From positions 39,184,001-39,248,000 of the forward strand of contig NC_087249.1 in NCBI RefSeq assembly GCF_037042905.1: 64,000 bases of DNA, given 5' to 3'. The position numbers and the translations under genes were made by a program. Shown here one piece after another: positions 1-9,871 of this stretch (its first letter is position 1; each line of letters begins with the position of its first letter). The DNA comes from Lytechinus pictus (Eukaryota). The notes under the pieces are model-generated. The model was not told the origin of the DNA. It did no database searches and worked only from the letters and a program-made list of their open reading frames with translations.

Positions 1-993
1 ACGTACATGTATGACTTTCATACAAAGCATTATCCAAGGTAGAGTTATGATTCACGGTAGATACATAGAATTAAAGCCAAAACAATAGCAGATTTGTAAT
101 TTTTTAAATCATGCATTCGGTGTAGTATTTTCAGTCAGTTTGTAACAATTAATGCTTATCAATCATACCATACTACCTGCATAATGATACATTTACAAAC
201 AGTGTGTAGGGTTTAAAGAAAAGGTATACACTGTGACAAATATACATAACTTCTCTTCACTTCCATGATCTACCACATGGTAAAGGAAATGCCTCTCTTG
301 TAACTCATATAGCCTGCATGTATTATGAAATTTGTTGAAATACTTTCAATTATTTCATTGCATAATTCTAGCTCTATTTATCATTTTACTAACATTGGTA
401 CATATCTCAGAAAACAGTAGACTCTTATCTACATTTTATTCATTCAAGGGGTGAGAGTTTTTTTTTTACTTTTGGGTAGGTGGTATCAGATAATAGTTAC
501 AAATCTCAATATACTTGTAATATATACATGGATACACGTACAAACATGAAATACCAGAATTTGGATTCTGTAATAATGATAATAAAAAGATAATGTCAAA
601 ACATTTTATTTTAAAAATATGAAAATAGACAGTGTCAGTGAAATATTTACAGCTTGCTTTTTAATGATATTTATAAAAACAAGCACGTACATGTATGACT
701 TTCATACAAAGCACTATCCAAGGTAGACTTATGATTCATGGTAGATACATAGAATTAAAGCCAAAACAATAATAGCTGATTTGTAATTTGTAAAATCATC
801 ATGCATTCAGTGTAGTATTTTCAGTCAGTTTCTAACAATTGACGCTTATCAATCATTATACCATAATACCTGCATTTTGATACATTTACAAACAGTGTGT
901 AGGGTTTAAAGAAAAGGTAAACACTGTGACAAGTATACATAACTTCTCTTCACTTCCATGATCTACCACATGGTAAAGATAATGCCTCTCCTT
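1..993. repeat. Direct repeat with ~684-bp period in the 3' non-coding region of the Helentron
   Basis: 1-300 (acgtacatgtatgactttc...atgcctctcttg) recurs almost identically at 685-993. Confidence 0.85.
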
Positions 994-1136
994 GATAAAT
1001 TTCTTTCCAATCAAACAAACATTATTGTACTCTTTGTTTTTCTGTTATCTGATTTACCAATTATTTCACTCTCACTGTATAAAAGTTTGTACTTAGAAAC
1101 ACTTTGTTTTAAACTAGTCTTCTTTACCATACAAGA

Positions 1137-4100
1137 TTATGTATTACTTGAAAGTTGTACACAGGATGAAGGGATAGCTACATATACCATCTTATGGTAA
1201 CTGTAATGGCTTTCTAATGTCCCACTTGACAGTTTGTTTTCCTCAATATTTGTAAATACCAAGTCAATTGTTGTACATCCATTTGTTGTGAATTCACAAA
1301 TAAGTTGTGTACATTTGAATAACTGTGTCATTGCATTCACAAGCTTTTGTTTGTTTGGAGTAGAAGTAAGCATATTGATATTGAAATCTCCCATGATAAC
1401 AAGTGGTTCATTTGGGTTAATATAATTACCCAAGTGTTGTAGTGCTCTGTGAATTTTTCTCCAATTTTCTTTAGGACGACAATACATAGAAACCACTTGC
1501 AACTTAGGACTATGAGAAGGAAGCTGAACTACTGTCATTTCAATTGACTGGAAATTACATGGAACAACTGTACATTGCAAGCCTTTCCTGTGGTATACAG
1601 CACTTCCATAGTGTGTACGTTGTGAGCTAAAGTCATTTCTTGACATCTTGAAATTATCCATTTCATACTCACATGCTTTATCCATAGAACACAGTTTTGT
1701 TTCAACAAATAAATTGATATCGGATACCTGTAAGTTGAAGTATTTTTGTATGTCTTTCATATGAAGGTGCAATGACTGGCAGTTGTGGAAAGCTATTTTG
1801 ACACAATCTTTTGGATAGTCATACAATGGCTTGTAGCAAAGAGTCATTGATTTAGACTGTCTCAAACGTTCCATTTCTGTCATCACATCATCTGAAACTT
1901 TGATATGAGCCAGGTTTAGAGGACCAATGATATGCAAATTTTGTAATGATGGCACTCTACTGAAAGCAACATAATGAAGATGGACAGCCTTTCTGTCAGG
2001 TAATTGGACAACTGCTCTATCTAGAGTGCTTCCTTGAGCTCTGTGTATTGTTTTAGCACATGCTAATTGGAGGGGGAATTGTTTTCTTGATACTTTCACT
2101 GCTTTGTATCTCCCAATTGCAAACTCTCTGGCTATTGGTTTAATTGGTGTCCAGGACTGATGAATCGCATTGTTGGTATGTTTTGGATATTCATGTCTCA
2201 GTTTGAGCCCTGTTTCTTCTGTCTCAAAAAGTACCCATACTATTTCCACATTCCCACTCTTGTCATATTGGAAATATTTTGAAACACATGCTGCTCCATT
2301 AACTAATCCATCTGCTGTGTCTATGTTGACAGTTAGTTCAGCTTTGAGCTCTAAAGCAAGATTGCATGTTTTAGATAGCCCCATTTCTTTGGCTTTGGCA
2401 CATGACAAAACTTTTTGCTTGACTTCATCTGTGATATCACCAATAACTATGTCATGAGATGCCAAGACAGCTTGGTTTGCTACACTACTGTGTAATTGCT
2501 TGTTATGTGCATCAACAGCCTCATTGTGATACAACAAATGAGTGACATCAACTGGGTAATTCTCATCTTCTTTAGAGATTATTCTACCTTTTAGTAATTT
2601 AATGTCTTCTTTGGTTTGCTTGCCTTCTCTCATTCTGTTCAACAATGCTGCATAAGCTACATCTTCTTTTTGTCTCATAATGTCTGTTAATTCAAACAGC
2701 TCGAAGTTGTTGGTCCATACATTTGGTGCCAGAACTTCTGTACTTGATGTAGTAGTTGGATTTTTAAAAATCCAAGTGTCCATTACTGGCTGCAATTGGA
2801 AAAGATCGCCAATAGCTATAATACTGACACCTCCAAATGGTTTTGATACATTCATTACTTCTTGTAATCGTTGGTTTATGAAGCAAAACATCTTTGTTCC
2901 AACCATAGATATTTCGTCGATGAATACAAGCTTCAATTCACCAAGTTGGGTTCTGAGGGTGTTGCGTTTGTCATGTGATAAAGGTTTATAGCTAAAACCT
3001 TGGTTAGCAGGAATGCAAAATGCAGAATGGAGGGTTTGACCCCTGATCAAATAGGCTGCTTTACCAGTAGGTGCTGTGAGGAGTACCTTAATTACATCTG
3101 GATTACTACCAGATTCTGTGTTATAATGCCTCACAAGTGCCTGGTATAGTGACTTGATTACTCTTGTCTTTCCAACTCCTGCACCTCCACTCAAGAAGAG
3201 GAGTAACTGTTCATCTGAAGTTTTCACTTTGTTTAGTACATGATTAAAGAATTCAGATTGCTTTTGATTAAGAGAAGAAACAATTTCCCTGAATTTACTA
3301 TCAGACAATCTATTTCTGATTCTCTCTTCTTGCATGTCTGTTCCAGTCGATTGTATACCCAATTCAGAAGCAATATCATAGCTAGTGAAGAGATCTTCAC
3401 CTTCTATAGCATTTCTATCTTTGCCAAACTTATTTGCATTTATCTCATTAATATGTTCATTGCAAGGAGCTACATTATGAAGGTTTTCTTCATTTGAGTC
3501 ATTAAGCAGTTTTTGTTCAGCCATATCTAACTCTTCAGCATACTGGTTGTACTCTTTCTGTTTTTCTTCTATTACTTGTTTTACCATTTGGTATCTTTCT
3601 TCATATGTTTGGCAGTTTCCAATGATTTCACTCTCACTGATGTAAGGGTAAAAGAGCATCAAATTTTCTCTGTAGTAATTTTCTGGATCTTTTTCTTTGT
3701 CATATCTCACATAGCGTATCACTTTTTGCTTTTTCCTTTGTTTCATAATCACTGTGTTTGAGATTTTCAATTCACCAAGACATGTTTGTTTATTTTGATA
3801 TAGATCAGAGTCATCAGGTTCATCTTCTTTGTTATCATCACTGTCTGTTTCAGGCAGTTCTAATTCATGCACTTTTCTCTTCTTCTTGAACTGTACTTTT
3901 TTCATATCATACCATGCAATGAAATCTGCTAAGCACATGTCCCGGGCCTTCCTTGGCCGTTCTGAGTATCTCTTGATGTTATTGCTGCACTGAATGTCGT
4001 CACTATCAGCAGGCAAAGCATCAAGTTGCTCTGAAGGTTTGAGTATAAAAGGTCTCTGATCTGGAGGTGAAGTGTTAACAAATGCATGCCCACATGATGA

Positions 4101-5152
4101 ATGCTTTAGTGGCATTTGTAGAGAGAGATATATTGCTTCAGGTGCACTAATCTCAACATTTTTAAGAAATTTGTTTCCAATCAAACGAACTTGATCTTTG
4201 ATATCAGTTGATCCTTTTCTAGCTTCATCACATGTTCGTCTCAAGAGTTCACTCATGCCTCTTTGGCCTTTAGAAACATAGTTCACAACATACATTGCAC
4301 AAGCATAAGCATTGGTAATGAATTGTATGTCTGTATTTGCTTGCCATGCCTGGAGTACAGCAGGGTTATACGCATTCACACGTACATTGCATGGTTCTCG
4401 TTTGAGAAACACCTTTGAAGCTGAAATAGAACTTCTGATTGCAAGCTCATAATCATCAGGTGAAATGCCAAAATGGTCAAGAAACAGTTGAAGAGTAAGT
4501 TGCTGGATTTCAGGTTTGTTTAGTTCAATTTGTATTTCTTTCCATTTCTGTTTATGTAACTGCTTTTCTTTGTCTTCCATTTCAACTGGCAGAGGTTGTA
4601 AGATCTTTGTAGACTCCATAGGAGGCAATGGGAAATTGAACCTGCACACTTTACCCTTTTTTCGACAAGTATGTGTGTGTCTGTGACATTGCAGTTTTTT
4701 CAAGTTCTCATTTACACCCAAACTTTGTCCGTCTGTTTCAATGAAGTTGTCAATGTAATTTTCAATGTCTGAATTTGAATCTATCTCAAATTTAGGGGCC
4801 CCATTCACCCACAGAAGACTGTGCAGATGGGCTGATCCTCTATGTTGGAACTCTATCCTGTAGAAATGTTCTGAAATTTTCCCAAGTGGCTCACATGAAC
4901 CTTGAAGGAAATTTTGATAGAATTTTTTCACTCTGTGATCAAAATATCTTGTGACAGTGACAGGATCTGATCGAATAAGTCTATTTTTTGTTTCCCAAGT
5001 GAAACTTGAAACATCTTCCGCACTATACTGTTTGTTGTCAACAAGTTTACCCAAAGATATTAAGAGATCAGTCCAATGTGACTCAGCAGAAGACAAAGAA
5101 ATAAACCATGTTGGTAATCCTAACTGTCTAATCATTGCAAACAGATCCTTTT
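1137..5152 (-). CDS. Helentron RepHel protein, C-terminal part: HUH Rep catalytic motifs, PIF1-family SF1 helicase, exonuclease-endonuclease-phosphatase (AP endonuclease) domain
   Basis: ORF 1137..5282. Rep motifs [51 protein letters not shown]. Helicase motifs GGAGVGKT, PTGKAA, FIDEISM, GDLFQLQPV, FPLQLACAKTIHRAQGSTL, YVAFSRV. EEP motifs HNCQSL, ETK, GDFN, TIDLVF, SYH. The first 44 aa of the called ORF come from the inserted element. Confidence 0.93.
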
Positions 5153-6236
5153 CAGTCAGTCCGCAAGCCCCTGTGTTAATGAGCAAATGAGCAAGATTTA
5201 TCCAAGTCCTCTCGTGGCTGAATTCATGTCCCTGCAAAATCTCGTGAATTATGAGACTTTTTTTATCAAAGAATTTAACCACTTTCTCCTTGAATAATAT
5301 TGATTATTTTTGTACCATGGGCAAGAGTAAATGTTACTCTTTTATATTGGTCATTTCTTTTGAATGAAATATCTTAATAAATAAGTGTATTTTTTACCTG
5401 AAAAGATGCATCAAACAGAATTTTCTTCCTCTGTTTTCACTTGCAAATTGTGCAACATTTTGTGTTTTAGGCACCAACATTATTTATATGATCAGAAAGC
5501 TCAAACTCTATACTTTCTTACAATGTCACTCTTGATATGTGGCATCTTTTAGATGGGTCAGCAGCCAGCTTGTTCCATCAAGATGCAAGACGAGATTTCT
5601 GAAATTTCTGAGTAACATACAATCCAGAGTTCTGATTGGCTCAATACTGTTTTCAAAACAAACAGGCGCGGGTAATTTGAAGAGATTACCACATGGTGAG
5701 TGTGACCTTGCAGAGGCCCAGTGTGGGGAACATTGGAATTTGAGTGGGTGTGTGGTCCCTTTGACCAATCAGAGCGCAGTATTCTTGTTTTTGAGCTGCA
5801 AAATGTACTTGGCCTATGAAAAGCTGGCTGCTGACCCATCTAAAATACATCTTCTTATAAAAATTATATCATATTAAAGCTTAGATCTTCAGCTTTATCA
5901 TGATTTAAAAATCATTTGTGCCCAAACAGAAATTAAGTGTGAAAACAACAACTTTTGTTGCATGAAAAAAAATATTTTGTTTCATGTTTTAGATCAAAAG
6001 TTTTTCCTATATTACAACATTCTTTTAAAAATCCAAACACATGACCTGAAAGAATGATTCTTCTTCTTTACAAAGATACCAAAAACATGAAATTTGGTCA
6101 ATATTTAGAGCAGCAATGGCCGAATAAAAAGAGGTGTTTTGGTTCGCACCAAGCTCATTAACTATGCAAAAACCCTCTAGTCATGAATATCACTTGGATA
6201 AAAGAAGCTACCTTTTCAGGGCTTGCGGACTGACTG
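5153..6236. mobile_element. Non-autonomous TIR DNA transposon (MITE) inserted in the Helentron ORF
   Basis: Perfect 18-bp TIRs CAGTCAGTCCGCAAGCCC (5153-5170) and GGGCTTGCGGACTGACTG (6219-6236). Flanked by T4 and T5 where the uninterrupted codons need only T5, implying a 4-bp TTTT duplication. No transposase ORF. Superfamily not assigned. Confidence 0.92.
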
Positions 6237-9200
6237 TTTTTGGCTGTTTCCCAGTATGGTGGAGATCCTCTTAAAGTTCTGAAAATTCTATATCCTTCAT
6301 CTAATTTGACCATGGAGTCAACAACATCTTGTTGTTTGACATCTCCTGCAGTATATGACTTGCCTGATGTTTTAACCCGCCTTAGTGAAAGCCATATCTT
6401 ATCTTTGATCTGTTTCATTTGGAGTTTCTTGCATTTGAAAAAGATGTTTGTTACAGATTTTGCTGCTCTTCGATCAGAATGTCGTAATTCTAATTTGCAG
6501 ATATCACTGTACTTGAGAGGTATTTCTCTATCTTTGTTACTTGGCCTTCGTTCCCCACAAAATATAGTTGGAAATGATAATTCCTCAATATCAGCCTGTA
6601 ATGAACTAATTGGTATATTTCCCTCACTGGGTGCAAAAGAGAGAATGTTTTGTTGATCATCAACATTTTGTGGATACAACATAGTGTCCAAACTTCCAAC
6701 AGGTTCTTTTTCATCAATTTCACTCCAATCAGAGTCACTATCTTTTTCTTTCTCCTCGGTTTGGGAAGCAGAAACATTAACTGCAGTAGGTACTATGTTA
6801 TCTTCACAAGTGCTCTCTTCGAGAAACTCTTTCCATTGAGTTTTATGCATTTCTGCAACATGAGTTGGCCAAAATTCATCTAAACCGTCTGTAACATATT
6901 GTTTAAACAGAGGCTGTTTCACTAAGTATTTTGTTGCTTCAAAACACTTCTGTGGTCTGATGTTTTCAAACATGTAATGACTTTTGTACCGAAGACGTTT
7001 CTTTAGTTTTACAGGGATGGTATGTGAATCATTAATAGAGCGAGGCAGTGAATTTACAATTGAAATATTGTTGGCAGGAACATTAACAACATTCCCACGG
7101 ATTCCAACTTGTCCACCACTTGGCAACTCACGAAGTTGGAAAAATGTATTTACTGGGGAAACCAGCCTCTCTTCAAGTGGGTTTAGTTGTAGCTCTGTTG
7201 GACAATGAGGAAATCCAGTTCTATTAGCTGATGAAAGTGGGGGGAGTTTATTCTTTAGCATCCAACTTTGACAAGTGTGGCAAATCCATTCTTTGCCTTC
7301 AACACTTAATGTTCCAGTGATACACTTTGAGTGAAGAGATTTATCAGTATTCCTAACAACAAACACATCATTAACAGACTGTTTAAACCATAGCTGCTTG
7401 CAGCATGTGCATATATACTCACATGCTACTGATACTGCTTCTTTAAAGTGCTCCACAAGTTCATCAATTGTATTGGAGGGAAATCTGTTGCTTTGTTTAC
7501 GTAAAGCGTCATCTTTAGATTCTTTCTCTCTGTATGCTGGATTGCTTCTCCTTTGTTTGTTGATGTTTCTCTCAAATTCTTGGAATGACGGAGCTCTTCT
7601 TCTCTTTCTATTGTTTCTTTTTTCAATTTCTTTATATTCCGGATCTTGTCGTCTTCTCTTCTTGAGGTTACTCTCAAACTCTTGGAAGGATAGATCTCTT
7701 CTTCTTGTTTTGTTTTTTCTTTGTTCATTATCTTTGTATTCCGGATCTTGTCTTCTACTCTTCTTGAGGTTACTCTCAAACTCTTGGAAGGATGGATCTT
7801 TTCTTCTTCTTTTGTTTTTTCTTTGTTCATTTTCTTTGTATTCCGGATCTTGTCGTCTTCTCTTCTTGAGGTTACTCTCAAACTCTTGGAAGGATAGATC
7901 TTTTCTTCTTCTTTTGTTTTTTCTTTGTTCATTTTCTTTGTATTCCGGATCTTGTCGTCTTCTCTTATTGAGGTTACTCTCAAACTCTTGGAAGGATAGA
8001 TCTTTTCTTCTTCTTTTGTTTTCTCTTTGTTCATTTTCTCTGTATTCCGGATCTTGTCGTCTTCTCTTATTGAGGTTACTCTCAAACTCTTGGAAGGATG
8101 GATCTTTTCTTCTTCTTTTGTTTTTTCTTTGTTCATTTTCTTTGTATTCCGGATCTTGTCGTCTTCTCTTCTTGAGGTTACTCTCAAACTCTTGGAAGGT
8201 TAGATCTTTTCTTCTTCTTTTGTTTTTTCTTTGTTCATTTTCTTTGTATTCTGGATCTTGTCGTCTTCTCTTATTGAGGTTACTCTCAAACTCTTGGAAT
8301 GACTGATCTCTTCTTCTCTTTCTATTGTTTCTTTTTTCATTTTCTTTGTATTCTGGATCTTGTCTTCTACTCTTTTTGAGGTTTTTCTCAAATTCTTTGA
8401 AGGACAAATCTCTTCTCCTCTTTCTGTTTGCACTTTGTTCACTTTCCTTATATTGTGGGTCTCTTCTTTTCTCCTTTCTGAGTGTCCTTTCTAATTTTGT
8501 ATAGGAAGAATTCTGTCTTTGCTTACGCTTGTATTCCATCATATAGGTCTTTCTTAGGTTTTGAGACAAGTGTGTATTAGCAACAATTTGTCCAATTGAC
8601 CTTGATAGCTCTTGAAAGTTTGCTTGAGAAACAAAGTATGAACTGAGAGTGTCTAATCTTTCAGTTGGGAATGGTATAACTTTGCCTTGCTGTAAGCACA
8701 ATTTGAGATGTTGTCTGATTTGTGAATTGTCAAATCTTTGAGTTTGTGGTGGCACATTGAACAGACAGCTAAATGCAGCAGCTATTGCAAAAGCTCCACA
8801 AGCTGGTTCAGTTTGTTGGGTTATTGGAATGTACTCTATATGCACAGCTGTTCCATACAATAGATTGATTTGAGGCATTAAATGCTTAATTCTGTCCTGT
8901 GAAGACAATGAATCATACACAGATACTCGATTGGTGGAAGGGTCATATGAGGATGTGACCCAATGGTTATCAACATGATGGAAGTTGATACAATGTTTAT
9001 CTCTAGGAATATCAATAGAAACTCCTTTAGAAAGAAGAACTTTCATGGCTGCAGGTGTCACTTGTCCAATGTATTGATCTAGTTGTGGACTATGATTTTT
9101 CATAATTGATACAGCTTGTTGTATGACATCATCAGGGATGTATGCTGCGTATTCATCCACTGAACTCATAGATTCTTTATTTAGATTCGACAAGGATAAG

Positions 9201-9871
9201 TGTTTTTTGTGAGTATTATTATTACTGATTGCAGTCAGTTCTTCTTTCCGTTGCTGAGTATTCACACTGCCAATATTACTCTGACCATGAGCACTTGATA
9301 AAATGCTATGACTCGGGGTTTTATCATTCTTGTTCACAGTGGTAGTGCATTTGTGACTTTTGAACTTTTGATAAGTACTAAACCTTAGGTTGCAAGCATG
9401 ACAGTATGAGCATTTATGCTGAAGAAGTCTTTTCTGGGTTGAAAAGCTTTTACAGCAGTTAGTACATTTACAACTTCTTAATTCGTCACAGAGATCTTGA
9501 TCATTAGAAGGTACTTGTTTAATGCACTTATGTAAGCTTATTTTTTGCTTGGAAGGAAAAATATTTCCACATTGTTGACATAAACAACATTTGTGTAGTT
9601 TCATCTTTTGCTTGGTGGAGAAATCTTGCCCACATTGTTTACACAAAGTGCATGTATGACTTCTGAAAGCTTTCAAATACTTGTAAGTTTGAGTGCATTC
9701 ATTGCATGTGAATATGTTGCCATTGTATATATGGCTCCCTCTATTTCCTACAAGAAAATGATCTTCGTGGAATCTTTGTGTCAGTGAGGAAATAATACAA
9801 GTGACATTGTTAAAAGAAATATAACAGAACGCGAACAGCGTCAGGGTAAACATGTAAACAAAATAAGACAT
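6237..9871 (-). CDS. Helentron RepHel protein, N-terminal part: C-x2-C-x12-H-x-C finger repeats, Ulp1/C48-like cysteine protease, 34-aa charged repeats, Cys-rich domain and start of Rep
   Basis: ORF 6158..9871 ends with ...[19 protein letters not shown], which joins in frame to [11 protein letters not shown] once the 5153-6236 insertion and one TTTT copy are removed (7647 nt, 2548 aa). The true start may be on a spliced upstream exon (candidate acceptor ttttcttgtag at ~9748-9758). Confidence 0.88.
7560..8460 (-). repeat. Coding tandem repeat with 102-bp unit (2 x 17 aa; RRRQDPEYKENEQRKNK / RRRKDLSFQEFESNLKK), about 8 units
   Basis: The c(c/t)ggatcttgtc motif recurs every 102 bp from ~7639 to ~8353. 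Confidence 0.95.

Noticed and set aside
5153-5282. MVKFF... as the start of an independent Rep/helicase gene
   Set aside because: These 44 codons lie inside the inserted TIR element; the real frame continues from 6237.
7398-8306. 302-aa Leu/Phe/Ser-rich plus-strand ORF and the 253-aa alternate-frame minus ORF
   Set aside because: Shadow frames of the 102-bp coding repeat in the Helentron ORF.
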